Positions 8,429-17,611 are shown, numbered from the stretch's first letter. The stretch is 35,265 bases of DNA from Nanobdellota archaeon (GCA_030704765.1 JAUYDD010000011.1:1-35265); one strand, 5' to 3'. Program-made: numbers and translations. The notes: generated by a model not told the origin, from the sequence alone.

Positions 8429-9009
8429 GTAGACAGGAATATTGGAATTGTAACACTGCATGCACTAAACGATTTTCAGAAACCTTTCCAAGAAGTATAT
8501 TACCAAGAATATCTTTAGGTATGATTTTAGATTTAGGATGTTCATCAGGACAAACTACCCAACATATCGCAGATATTTATCCAGATTCAGCTGTAATTGG
8601 AATTGATATTAATTATAAAAAAATAAAAGAAGCAAGAGAAATAAATACAAATCCAAACATAGAATTTTTATTAGCTGATGGATACCAAATGCCTTTCTCA
8701 AATTTAACATTTGATGCGGCTTTTTGCATGAATAATTTAAATCAAGCTATAGGGTGTGAAATGATTTCAAAAGAAAGAATCGTTGAAATAGCTAATGAAA
8801 TTGCAAGAGTAATAAAACCAAGAGGCTACCTAATGTTCTCAGGACAAGATAAATCAATTATGCAAAAGATGCATTCTGGTTTTGAAATGAGATATTATTA
8901 CTTTGATAGTAGTCCTCAACCTTCTCAAACTTTATTTGAGGCATTAAATAATAAAACAAGAAGAAGATTAAGAAAGAAATCTTTTAAAGCCGAGGTGGTT
9001 TTAAAATGA
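8425..9009 (+). CDS. Class I SAM-dependent methyltransferase
   Basis: Motif I ILDLGCSSGQ, the acidic loop VIGIDIN, the ADGYQMPF motif, and IKPRGYLMFSG. Confidence 0.8.
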   Translation: MSRQEYWNCNTACTKRFSETFPRSILPRISLGMILDLGCSSGQTTQHIADIYPDSAVIGIDINYKKIKEAREINTNPNIEFLLADGYQMPFSNLTFDAAFCMNNLNQAIGCEMISKERIVEIANEIARVIKPRGYLMFSGQDKSIMQKMHSGFEMRYYYFDSSPQPSQTLFEALNNKTRRRLRKKSFKAEVVLK

Positions 9010-9839
9010 AAATTTTAGTAATAGGCGATTTACATGGAGAATTTCCTGAAAATGTTAAAGAGGTAATAAACAAAGAAAAAATAGATTTAATTCTATCTAC
9101 AGGAGATTTTGCTAATTTCGATAATTATAGAAAAATAAAGTTTGAAAAAATGGATAAGACAAAATTCTCCAATAAAGTAAAAGATAGTGTAAATAATGAA
9201 GATTACAATAAGATGATTAATGAAATTATTAAATCAATGGAAAAACCTCTAGATGCTTTGGATTCTTTTAATATTCCAGTTTATACAATCTATGGAAATC
9301 TCGACTATACAAATTATGAAGTAAACAAACATAAAATAAGGACAAACAGCTTAAACAGAATTGTTAAGAAATCTAAGAATATTAAATTATTTCGGGAGGG
9401 GTATGTTGACCTAGGTAGTCTTCAGATTTTATTATTTTCTGGGTATAGAAAGAATGCTCTAAAGTATGCTCCTAAGAAAACTAAAAAAGTTGATAGATTA
9501 AATAAAGGGTGGAGAGACAGGCTGAATAAAATATTTTCACAAATAAAACCAGATAAACCTGTTTTATTCTTATTCCACGATCCTCCAAAAGATACTAAAT
9601 TAGATTTAATCAATAATCCAACCAGTCCAATGAATGGTAAGCATGTTGGAGATGAGATCAATAGAGAATTTATAGAAAAATATCAGCCTCAAATTGCTGT
9701 TTGTGGACACATGCATGAAACACAAGGAACTGACAAAATCGGAAAATCTCTAATAATCAATGCAGGTTATGGCAGAGCAGGTCAATTCTTAATTTTAGAT
9801 ATAAATGGAAATGATGTTAAATATGATTTGAGGAAATAA
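9006..9839 (+). CDS. Calcineurin-like metallophosphoesterase
   Basis: Motifs in order: VIGDLHGE (DxH), TGDF (GD), YGNLD (GNxD), FHDPP (H), CGHMHE (GHxH). Confidence 0.85.
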   Translation: MKILVIGDLHGEFPENVKEVINKEKIDLILSTGDFANFDNYRKIKFEKMDKTKFSNKVKDSVNNEDYNKMINEIIKSMEKPLDALDSFNIPVYTIYGNLDYTNYEVNKHKIRTNSLNRIVKKSKNIKLFREGYVDLGSLQILLFSGYRKNALKYAPKKTKKVDRLNKGWRDRLNKIFSQIKPDKPVLFLFHDPPKDTKLDLINNPTSPMNGKHVGDEINREFIEKYQPQIAVCGHMHETQGTDKIGKSLIINAGYGRAGQFLILDINGNDVKYDLRK

Positions 9840-9840
9840 A

Positions 9841-10374
9841 ATGGTAAAAACAAATTTAGTTTTATTAACAGGACTTCCAGCAGGAGGAAAAAGCACAGTT
9901 GCACAAAGATTAGTTAGTGAATATGGTTTTGCAGTTTTATCTACAGATGATTTAAGACAATCGTTATTTCAACAAACTTATGAGGAACTAGCAAAAGATG
10001 GAAAAAGAAAAGATGAAGTGATAAGAAAAATTATTGATTATTCAAAATTTCAAATTTTAAGTGCAGGTTGCGATCTAGTTATTGACTCCACTGCACCAAC
10101 TGAAAAATTTAGAAGAAGAATGCTAGAATTACCTGAATATCTTGAACAGGCAGTTAAAAAATCCGTTTTATATCTAAGGAGTGAAGAACAAACAAGACAT
10201 TCAAGACACATGGCTCGTGGTGGTTCAGAGGTTTCTTTAAAGACTATTCAAGGGTTTTGGAAGGAGCCACAAGATGGATTTTGCGGGGCAAGTTTGTATT
10301 CAATTGAGAATAATGGAAATCAAGATCAATTGTTTAAAGAAGTTGCTAAGTTTTATGAGTGGTTGAAAAGATAG
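9841..10374 (+). CDS. P-loop kinase resembling the polynucleotide 5'-kinase domain (T4 Pnk / Pnkp type)
   Basis: Walker A GLPAGGKST. LSTDDLRQS resembles T4 Pnk INRDDYRQS, which carries the general-base Asp and an Arg. VIDSTAPT resembles ISDTNL, and there is an Arg-rich lid, RHSRHMARGG. The comparison is with the T4 and Clostridium Pnkp sequences as I remember them. Confidence 0.65.
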   Translation: MVKTNLVLLTGLPAGGKSTVAQRLVSEYGFAVLSTDDLRQSLFQQTYEELAKDGKRKDEVIRKIIDYSKFQILSAGCDLVIDSTAPTEKFRRRMLELPEYLEQAVKKSVLYLRSEEQTRHSRHMARGGSEVSLKTIQGFWKEPQDGFCGASLYSIENNGNQDQLFKEVAKFYEWLKR

Positions 10375-10403
10375 TATAAGTTAAGATTATAAGTAAGAAT
10401 TTC

Positions 10404-10928
10404 TTAGTCATATTGGTGTATTATCTCCATAATTTTGTCAATACTAATTGGTTTATATCTAGTTTGTTCTGTACTTACATTTATTCTCTTATTTTCCCTA
10501 TCAACAAAAATCCCCTTATTATGTGTATGACCAAATATTGCCCAACTTTTCCAATCATTAGGAATTTCATAAGGTCTATGGACAAGATAAAAACTTTCAC
10601 CTTTATATTTTAATATAAAATGATGTCTTCCTTTGATATATTTGTCGTGATTTCCTTTTATGAATATTTTTTTACCATTAAGGGCATTAATAAGTTTACC
10701 AACTCTGCTTCTATTTTTTCTACAAAAACAAAAATCTCCTAAAAAATATACAATATCATTTTTTCCAACAGTTTTATTCCAATTACTAATAAGCACTCTG
10801 TTCATTGTTTGTACATTTTTAAAAGGTCGGTTACAATATTTGATAATATTTGTATGATCTAAATGCAAATCAGAAGTTAAAAATATTTTAGACTCTGTCC
10901 CGAATAATCTTTTTAGGAAATTAAACAT
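10404..10928 (-). CDS. Small metallophosphoesterase (second copy of the fold, different subfamily)
   Basis: Motifs LTSDLHLDH, FLGDF, KGNHD, VHRP, FGHTH. Confidence 0.8.
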   Translation of the reverse strand: MFNFLKRLFGTESKIFLTSDLHLDHTNIIKYCNRPFKNVQTMNRVLISNWNKTVGKNDIVYFLGDFCFCRKNRSRVGKLINALNGKKIFIKGNHDKYIKGRHHFILKYKGESFYLVHRPYEIPNDWKSWAIFGHTHNKGIFVDRENKRINVSTEQTRYKPISIDKIMEIIHQYD

Positions 10929-10944
10929 TTTATTAGTGAAGAAT

Positions 10945-11682
10945 TCATTTAGTTTTTTCTTTAGAATATTCTTTTTCTGTATCTTCTACTTCTTTCTTTA
11001 GCTGTTGAATTGTCTTTTCAAATTCATCTATTCTATAATACAACGTATGGATATTTACTTTCATTCTTTCTTTTTCACTTGCTAATTTATAAAACATGCT
11101 CCTTAGATACCTCATATTGTTTAGTTTCTCTGTTCCTTCTTTCAATTGCTTTCTGAACACATTTATTTTATCTTCAGATTCCATTATAACTCTTGGGAAA
11201 TATTCTAATTCTCTAAGCACAATAGAAACTTGTTCATTATATTTTTTCTTAGTGTTTTTTATACCTTCTTCAATTTCACTAATTCTATCTAAAATTCTCT
11301 TAAAACTTGATTTTGTAGCATATTCAGGATATTTATCCAAATAATCTCGCATAGCAATATTAACATCATCCACATCCTTATTCTTAATTTTAATAGTTGT
11401 TGCTTTTTTTCCTTTCTGTGATGTTTGCATCATTTCTTTTTCAAAATTAGTTTCTTTATTCAATAAATTTCCTAGAGATTCATATAACTTGACTTTTTCT
11501 TCTTCGTCAGCAACCATATTATCCTTAAACTTTTTTGCATCTGCCTTTGCATATTTTAGTTTATGGTTCATCTCATATAGATGCTTGACATTACTCTTAA
11601 CTTTCTCGTGAGCGTAATCTAATGCCTTTTGATATTCATCCTTTATAGCAATTGCATCTTGTTTTCCAGTTACATCTACCAT
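10945..11682 (-). CDS. Coiled-coil protein of unknown function (245 aa)
   Basis: Lys/Glu-rich heptad-like sequence throughout. Its ATG lies 1 nt after the stop of the small upstream ORF (11684-11851). Confidence 0.55.
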   Translation of the reverse strand: MVDVTGKQDAIAIKDEYQKALDYAHEKVKSNVKHLYEMNHKLKYAKADAKKFKDNMVADEEEKVKLYESLGNLLNKETNFEKEMMQTSQKGKKATTIKIKNKDVDDVNIAMRDYLDKYPEYATKSSFKRILDRISEIEEGIKNTKKKYNEQVSIVLRELEYFPRVIMESEDKINVFRKQLKEGTEKLNNMRYLRSMFYKLASEKERMKVNIHTLYYRIDEFEKTIQQLKKEVEDTEKEYSKEKTK

Positions 11683-11683
11683 T

Positions 11684-11851
11684 TTATTTAAAATACTCCC
11701 TATCTTTTAAGTTCTTTGGTTTAATTTCAGCTTCAAAATATTTTACCATTTTCTTAATTGCATCTTGTTTTGTTTTTAATCGATTTGTAAGTTTATATAT
11801 CTCTACAATTCTGTCTTCTTCCTCGTCTAAGTCTATTTGTATTTTTGTCAT
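11684..11851 (-). CDS. Small (55 aa) RHH/antitoxin-like protein, not in the ORF track
   Basis: My own translation: MTKIQIDLDEEEDRIVEIYKLTNRLKTKQDAIKKMVKYFEAEIKPKNLKDREYFK. The beta-strand then helix-helix pattern is typical of CopG/RHH or DUF2683-like proteins. It is coupled to the downstream coiled-coil gene. Confidence 0.4.
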   Translation of the reverse strand: MTKIQIDLDEEEDRIVEIYKLTNRLKTKQDAIKKMVKYFEAEIKPKNLKDREYFK

Positions 11852-11952
11852 CTTGTATCATTATGATATATGGCAATACATGGTAGTATATAAATGTTTC
11901 GTTTTGATAAAAAGAAACTTTTATTATGTTCTAATTAATTATAAATAACTGA

Positions 11953-12462
11953 ATGAAAATATCAATAATTCAAGGAGACATAACAAAAGTAAAAGCAGAT
12001 GCAATTGTAAATGCTGCTCATCATACACTTATGGGTGGTGGAGGTGTTGATGGGGCAATTCATAAAAATGCAGGAAGTGAGTTAATTGAAGAATGTATCA
12101 AGTTAAGAAATGAAGAATTTCCACATGGACTTAATACAGGAGAAGCAGTCGCAACTAAATCTTATGGAATAAATCAAGCAAAGATATTAATCCATACTGT
12201 TGGACCTAGATATTATTCAGATGACTTAAATAAACTAAAAGATTGTTATATTAATTCATTAAAAATTGCAGAAGAAAATGATTGCAAATCCATAGCTTTT
12301 CCTGCAATTGCAACAGGTGCTTATGGTACTCCAATAGAAAAATCAGCTGAAATTGTTAAAGAGGTTTTAAGTAATTACAATTCTAAAATAATTGAGGAAG
12401 TTATTTTAGTTCTTTTTACTGAAGAAGATAAAGAGGTTTATAATAAAATATTTACCATATAA
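11953..12462 (+). CDS. Macro-domain protein (MacroD/YmdB-like ADP-ribose hydrolase)
   Basis: Motifs IIQGDITKVKADAIVNAA, GGGGVDGAIH, ILIHTVGP, SIAFPAIATGAYG. Confidence 0.9.
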   Translation: MKISIIQGDITKVKADAIVNAAHHTLMGGGGVDGAIHKNAGSELIEECIKLRNEEFPHGLNTGEAVATKSYGINQAKILIHTVGPRYYSDDLNKLKDCYINSLKIAEENDCKSIAFPAIATGAYGTPIEKSAEIVKEVLSNYNSKIIEEVILVLFTEEDKEVYNKIFTI

Positions 12463-12520
12463 CTAGAGACTGTCCACTAGGATAAAAACTTAAAAGTAAA
12501 TGTTCTTTAAAGAAATATGG

Positions 12521-12700
12521 CTATTTGCCAATTAGCCAAGGATTCCAAACAAGAAGTATTGCAACAGAAACAGCAGTCAATAAACAACTCCAGACAGCAG
12601 TTGTAAACTGATCTACATCTTGAGCACTTCTGAAAAATATGATAAAGCTAACTACTACAACAATTACAAGTATAATACTTAATATGCCTTTGATTTTCAT
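12521..12700 (-). CDS. Small membrane protein (59 aa), not in the ORF track
   Basis: My own translation: MKIKGILSIILVIVVVVSFIIFFRSAQDVDQFTTAVWSCLLTAVSVAILLVWNPWLIGK. Two hydrophobic segments. Confidence 0.35.
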   Translation of the reverse strand: MKIKGILSIILVIVVVVSFIIFFRSAQDVDQFTTAVWSCLLTAVSVAILLVWNPWLIGK

Positions 12701-12736
12701 ATTTATTTTAAGATCTTGAACTTTTTATATTTTTGT

Positions 12737-13282
12737 TTAATTCTTTTTCTCTCTTTCTATTATTTGATAATTTATTTTATCAATAACTTGTAGATATTCA
12801 TCTAATCTTTGTAGTTCAAAATTTTTATACTCTTTTTTGTTCAAGATGTATCCTTTTCTATAATCTCTAAAATCAAATTTTATTCTTTTTACTAGGCCAT
12901 TTAGATCTTCTTCTTGGAATTCTACAAGTTTCAAATGTTGTAAGAATCTTAGGACAATTTCTAAACTAATTTTTTTGCTAAAATAATGTTTATAGTCTTT
13001 CCAATCAAAATAGATATGATGAAATATAGAATACAATAAAGTTACAATTAGGGAAAATATCATTATCTGAATATAATTGCCAAACTGAGGGAAAATAAGC
13101 ATCCATTCAAGAGACAGAAAAACTTGGACTAATGCTGCTACCAATACTATAAACCCTGAAAACATTAAAATAGATGTATTAAATGTAAATCTTCTTCCCT
13201 CAACATTTTTAGAATACTCTTGATTAAGTAATTCTAATTCTGTTTTAAAATACTCTATAATATTATCTAATTTTTTTAACAT
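12737..13282 (-). CDS. Membrane protein (181 aa), unknown function
   Basis: Has a central pair of TM segments. Begins 1 nt after the stop of the upstream 74-aa ORF. Confidence 0.5.
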   Translation of the reverse strand: MLKKLDNIIEYFKTELELLNQEYSKNVEGRRFTFNTSILMFSGFIVLVAALVQVFLSLEWMLIFPQFGNYIQIMIFSLIVTLLYSIFHHIYFDWKDYKHYFSKKISLEIVLRFLQHLKLVEFQEEDLNGLVKRIKFDFRDYRKGYILNKKEYKNFELQRLDEYLQVIDKINYQIIEREKKN

Positions 13283-13283
13283 A

Positions 13284-13508
13284 TTAATTAAAAAATTCTT
13301 TTGTTTCTTCTACTAATTTAATTATTACAAAGTAGCTGTAGAATAATAAACAGATTATCAAAACAAATCCAATAAAAATCTGATATCCTATTGTTGCAGT
13401 TTCAAAAGTATGCTGTATTGAAGCAAATAACAGAATATAAGTTAGTGTAGGAACCCCGATTAAGACGAAGAGCCATTTAATTGCTAATTGAAACCAGTTT
13501 TCAGCCAT
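13284..13508 (-). CDS. Small membrane protein (74 aa)
   Basis: Two hydrophobic helices. Coupled to the 12737-13282 gene. Confidence 0.45.
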   Translation of the reverse strand: MAENWFQLAIKWLFVLIGVPTLTYILLFASIQHTFETATIGYQIFIGFVLIICLLFYSYFVIIKLVEETKEFFN

Positions 13509-13619
13509 TTCATTTTTCCAGTTATTTTATATAAAAAGTTAATAGGCTGGAACTATATCAATTTTTCTATTAGACACTTAAATTTTTATATGTGGCTTTT
13601 ATTAGATTTATATAAGAAA

Positions 13620-14813
13620 ATGACAACATATTCCCACTCAAGAATTTCAACTTATGAAAACTGTCCTTATCAATATAAGCTAAGATATGTCGATAAGATA
13701 GAGCCTGAGATTGCAGAAACTATTGAAATTTTTATGGGTAAAAGAGTTCATGAAACTCTAGAAAAATTATACAAGGATAAAAAGTTCAAAAAACTTGTTT
13801 CTAAAGCAACATTGCTAAAATTCTATAAAGATAATTGGGAGAAAGAGTATTCTGATGATATTTTAGTTGTTAAAGAAGGTTTGACAGGAGAAAACTATCG
13901 TAAGATGGGCATTAAGTTTATTGAGGATTACTATAACAAATACAAACCATTTGATCAATTAACAATATTGGGACTAGAGACACAAGATAGAATGACCTTG
14001 AAGGATGGAAACCAGTGGCACGTAAGAATAGATAAATTTGCTTGCGATAATAAAGGAAATTATTATGTTTGTGATTACAAGACTAATGCTTCTATGAAAG
14101 ATCAAGAAGAAGCTGATGCCGATAGGCAACTTGCAATGTATTCTATATGGGTAAAAGACAAATTCAAGGATGCTAAATCTGTAAAACTTGTTTGGCATAT
14201 GCTCGCATTTAATAAAGAAGCAATTTCAGAAAGAAGCGAAGAGCAATTAGAAAAATTGCAGGACGAAACTATTGCTCAAATAAAACAAATTGAAAGAGCC
14301 GAGAAAGAAAAAGATTTTCCAACTCATATTACAGCACTATGCAACTATTGCGGTTTTAAATCTCAATGTCCTTCTTTTAAACATCAAATAGAGGTAGAAG
14401 CAAAAGAAGATATTAAAGAATTTAAAGAGGATGATGGAGTTAAATTAGTTGATGAATTTTCAGAGGTTAAATTAAAGAAAAAAGAAATTGAAGAAAAAGA
14501 AGAAAAGCTTAAATCAGATTTGATAGAATTTGCCAAGCAAAAGGGAATAGACATTGTTTATGGAAGTAATATGAAAGCAGGTGTTAAAGAATTTGATAAG
14601 ATTGTAATGCCTGAAGATCCGGAAGAAAAAGAAAAATTCATTAAATTAATGAAAGATAAAGGAATCTATGAGGAGTGTTCAATGATATGTTATCCTAAAT
14701 TAAATAGTAAGGTTCTCAAGGGAGATATAGATAAAGAAATTAAAAACAAAGTTCAGATTGAAAAAGATTTTAGGATAAGTCTGAGCAAAAGGAAGGATGT
14801 TGAGGAGGAATAA
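13620..14813 (+). CDS. Cas4-like / RecB-family PD-(D/E)XK nuclease with an Fe-S cysteine cluster and a charged C-terminal extension
   Basis: N-terminal Cys in YENCPYQY, the VCDYKT (D/ExK) motif, QLAMYSIW (QxxxY), and the C-terminal cluster CNYCGFKSQC. I place the start at ATG 13620. The track ORF begins at 13488, but that extension is hydrophobic and overlaps the divergent gene. Confidence 0.75.
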   Translation: MTTYSHSRISTYENCPYQYKLRYVDKIEPEIAETIEIFMGKRVHETLEKLYKDKKFKKLVSKATLLKFYKDNWEKEYSDDILVVKEGLTGENYRKMGIKFIEDYYNKYKPFDQLTILGLETQDRMTLKDGNQWHVRIDKFACDNKGNYYVCDYKTNASMKDQEEADADRQLAMYSIWVKDKFKDAKSVKLVWHMLAFNKEAISERSEEQLEKLQDETIAQIKQIERAEKEKDFPTHITALCNYCGFKSQCPSFKHQIEVEAKEDIKEFKEDDGVKLVDEFSEVKLKKKEIEEKEEKLKSDLIEFAKQKGIDIVYGSNMKAGVKEFDKIVMPEDPEEKEKFIKLMKDKGIYEECSMICYPKLNSKVLKGDIDKEIKNKVQIEKDFRISLSKRKDVEEE

Positions 14814-14814
14814 A

Positions 14815-15225
14815 ATGATAAAAATTATAGTAAATGGTTTGCCTCCAAAAAAAGATGGAGCAAATTCTATGTGGAATAAGGATTTGGAGGCAGATAGATT
14901 AATTAGCTTGAGAAATGAAGCATTAAACAAGATAATTAATAAACCATTAAAAAAGAACCTTCAATTAAATCTTAAGATTTATTTAAAAATAAATAACAAA
15001 TCTCAGGGGGATTTAGACAATTTTATTACAGGCATTTGTGATGGTTTAATGCGAGCACATGATAGAGCCGAAATAAGCCCAAAATTTAATGGGTTTCCCA
15101 AAATCAACCCTCAGTCTGTAAACTTCATTGAAGATGATTATAAAATTTTAAATATTAATGCTAAAAAGATTATAAACAGAAATCTAGAAAAGGAATATTA
15201 TGAATTGGAAATTATTGAGATATAG
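14815..15225 (+). CDS. RusA-like Holliday junction resolvase
   Basis: IKIIVNGLPPKK N-terminus, GDLDNFITGICDGL (RusA DLDN motif), and a later FIEDDYKI acidic pair. GAGGAGG lies 6 nt upstream of ATG 14815. Confidence 0.6.
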   Translation: MIKIIVNGLPPKKDGANSMWNKDLEADRLISLRNEALNKIINKPLKKNLQLNLKIYLKINNKSQGDLDNFITGICDGLMRAHDRAEISPKFNGFPKINPQSVNFIEDDYKILNINAKKIINRNLEKEYYELEIIEI

Positions 15226-15259
15226 ATAAACTTAAAATCTAAAGAATTCTAGTAAAATT

Positions 15260-17602
15260 ATGGCTTTAAATAAGAAACAAATGTCTGAAACTGAAATATG
15301 TACTAATTTTATTACTCCTGCACTTGAAAAGTCAAGTTGGACTAAAAAGCAAGTAAGAATGAATGTATATTTTACTGATGGAAGAATAATAGTTGCAGGA
15401 AAAACTGTAAAAAGAGGAAGAAGAAACTTTGCAGATTATATTTTAGAATATAAGCCCAATGTTCCTTTAGCAGTAATAGAGGCAAAAGATAACAACTATT
15501 CTATGGGCGATGGCATGCAACAGGGTTTGGGATATGCAGAAAAACTGGATTTGCCTTTTGTTTTTAGTTCTAATGGCGATGGGTTTGTTTTTCATGACAG
15601 GGAAACAGGAAAAGAAACAAATTTGTCTTTAGATAATTTCCCCTCTCCAAAAGAATTATGGGAGAAATATAAAAAATATAAAGGAATTACAGAAAAGATT
15701 GAAGATACGGTGACATCTGATTATTTTTACGAGCCAGGATTCAAACAACCAAGATATTATCAAAGAATTGCAATTAATAGAACAATCGAAGCTGTTGCAA
15801 AAGGCATTAAAAGAGCGCTTCTTGTTATGGCGACAGGAACAGGAAAAACCTATGTAGCTTTTCAAACTATCTGGAGATTAAGAGAAGCAGGACTTGCAAA
15901 AAGAGTTTTATATCTGGCTGATAGAAATATTTTAATTGACCAACCAAAGAATAATGATCTAAAACCTTTATCTAAGGTTATAACTAAAATATCCAAAAGG
16001 AAAGCAGATCCAGCTTATGAAGTTTATCTTGCATTATATCAGGCTGTCTCAGGAGAAGAAGATATTAAAAATATCTATAAACAATTCTCTCCAGAGTTTT
16101 TTGATTTAATAATCGTTGATGAATGTCATAGGGGAAGTGCAAAAGCAGACTCTCAATGGAGAGAAATTTTAGATTACTTTAAACCAGCAGTTCAAGTTGG
16201 TATGACTGCAACTCCTAAAGAAACTAAAGATACTTCAAATATAGATTATTTTGGAAAACCTCTTTATACTTATTCATTAAGAGAAGGAATCGAAGATGGT
16301 TTTCTTGCACCCTATAAGGTTGTAAAAGTTGCAATAGATAAAGATGTTCATGGATACAGACCAAAGAAAGGAGAAACAGATAAATTTGGACATGAGATAC
16401 CTGACTTTGTTTATACAAATCGAGAGTTTGATAAAACTTTAGTCATTGATGAAAGAACAGAAGTCGTGGCTAAAAAGATTACAGAGTTCCTAAAGAATAC
16501 TGATAGATTTTCTAAAACAATTGTTTTCTGTGTAGATATTGAACATGCAGAAAGAATGAGACAAGCATTAGTGAATGAAAATTCAGATTTATACAAAGAA
16601 AATTCAAAATATATTATGAGAATTACTGGAGATAACAATATTGGTAAAAAACAGTTAGGTAATTTTATTGATCCTGCTGAAAAATATCCAGTAATTGTAA
16701 CAACTTCTAAACTGATGAACACTGGAGTTGATGCACAAACATGTAAATTGATAGTTTTAGATTCACCTATCCAATCAATGACAGAATTTAAACAAATTAT
16801 TGGAAGAGGAACAAGAATTAAAGAAGATTATGGTAAACACTATTTCACAATTATGGATTTTAGAAATGTTACAAATAAGTTTGCTGATCCTGATTTTGAC
16901 GGAGAGCCTGTTCAAATCTACACTATAAAAGATAATCAAGAAGTCAAAGAACAAGAAACAAAAGATCAAAAATTAGAAGATGGAGAAAGGATTCTCGTTT
17001 CTCCAAGTATTGCTTATTCTGAGGAAGAAGAGAAGGTAAGAAAGTTTTATGTCAGGGGTACAGAAGTTAATGTCATAAATGAAAGAGTTCAATACCATGA
17101 TCCTCAAGGAAAACTTATAACAGAATCATTGACAGACTATACTAAAAAAAATGTTAACAAAGAATTTAGAAGTTTAAATGAATTTATCCAAAAATGGAAT
17201 ATAGTTGATCAAAAGAAAGTTATTATTGAAGAGCTTGAAAATCAAGGGCTTTTAATTGATGCTTTAAGGGAAGAAATTCCTAATGGAAAAGAATTTGATC
17301 CTTTTGATTTAATTGCTCATATTGCTTATGGGCAAAAACCTTTAACAAGAAGTCAAAGAGCATTAAAGGTTCAGAAAGACGCTTACTTCAATAAATATGG
17401 AGAAAAAGCAAGAAAAGTTATTGAAGTTCTCCTAACAAAGTATGAAGATGAAGGTATAGAAGAAATGGAGAACTCAGAAATCTTAAAAGTCTCTCCTATT
17501 AACAAATTAGGAAGACCATTAGAAATAATGAAACTCTTTGGGGGAGTTGTTGGTTATAAGAAGATGATTAAAGAGATTGAAGCGAGATTATATAAAAGTT
17601 AA
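15260..17602 (+). CDS. hsdR: Type I restriction enzyme R subunit (EcoAI/EcoEI-like, COG4096-type)
   Basis: N-terminal nuclease motif ADYIL...VIEAKD. Helicase motifs MATGTGKT, DECHRG and MTATP. The C-terminus FDPFDLIAHIAYGQKPLTRSQRA resembles the EcoEI R C-terminal domain. Confidence 0.9.
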   Translation: MALNKKQMSETEICTNFITPALEKSSWTKKQVRMNVYFTDGRIIVAGKTVKRGRRNFADYILEYKPNVPLAVIEAKDNNYSMGDGMQQGLGYAEKLDLPFVFSSNGDGFVFHDRETGKETNLSLDNFPSPKELWEKYKKYKGITEKIEDTVTSDYFYEPGFKQPRYYQRIAINRTIEAVAKGIKRALLVMATGTGKTYVAFQTIWRLREAGLAKRVLYLADRNILIDQPKNNDLKPLSKVITKISKRKADPAYEVYLALYQAVSGEEDIKNIYKQFSPEFFDLIIVDECHRGSAKADSQWREILDYFKPAVQVGMTATPKETKDTSNIDYFGKPLYTYSLREGIEDGFLAPYKVVKVAIDKDVHGYRPKKGETDKFGHEIPDFVYTNREFDKTLVIDERTEVVAKKITEFLKNTDRFSKTIVFCVDIEHAERMRQALVNENSDLYKENSKYIMRITGDNNIGKKQLGNFIDPAEKYPVIVTTSKLMNTGVDAQTCKLIVLDSPIQSMTEFKQIIGRGTRIKEDYGKHYFTIMDFRNVTNKFADPDFDGEPVQIYTIKDNQEVKEQETKDQKLEDGERILVSPSIAYSEEEEKVRKFYVRGTEVNVINERVQYHDPQGKLITESLTDYTKKNVNKEFRSLNEFIQKWNIVDQKKVIIEELENQGLLIDALREEIPNGKEFDPFDLIAHIAYGQKPLTRSQRALKVQKDAYFNKYGEKARKVIEVLLTKYEDEGIEEMENSEILKVSPINKLGRPLEIMKLFGGVVGYKKMIKEIEARLYKS

Positions 17603-17611
17603 ATTGCGATT

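Noticed and set aside
11652-11948. 98-aa plus-strand ORF from the track.
   Set aside because: It is a low-complexity Phe/Leu/Ser-rich translation of AT-rich DNA. It overlaps the start of the 10945-11682 gene and the better-supported minus-strand 55-aa RHH-like ORF and its promoter region.
13488-13619. The N-terminal 44-codon extension of the nuclease ORF as listed in the track.
   Set aside because: It overlaps the divergent 13284-13508 gene. It is hydrophobic, unlike any Cas4-like N-terminus, and it contains the TATA-like boxes. ATG 13620 places the first conserved Cys at the expected distance.
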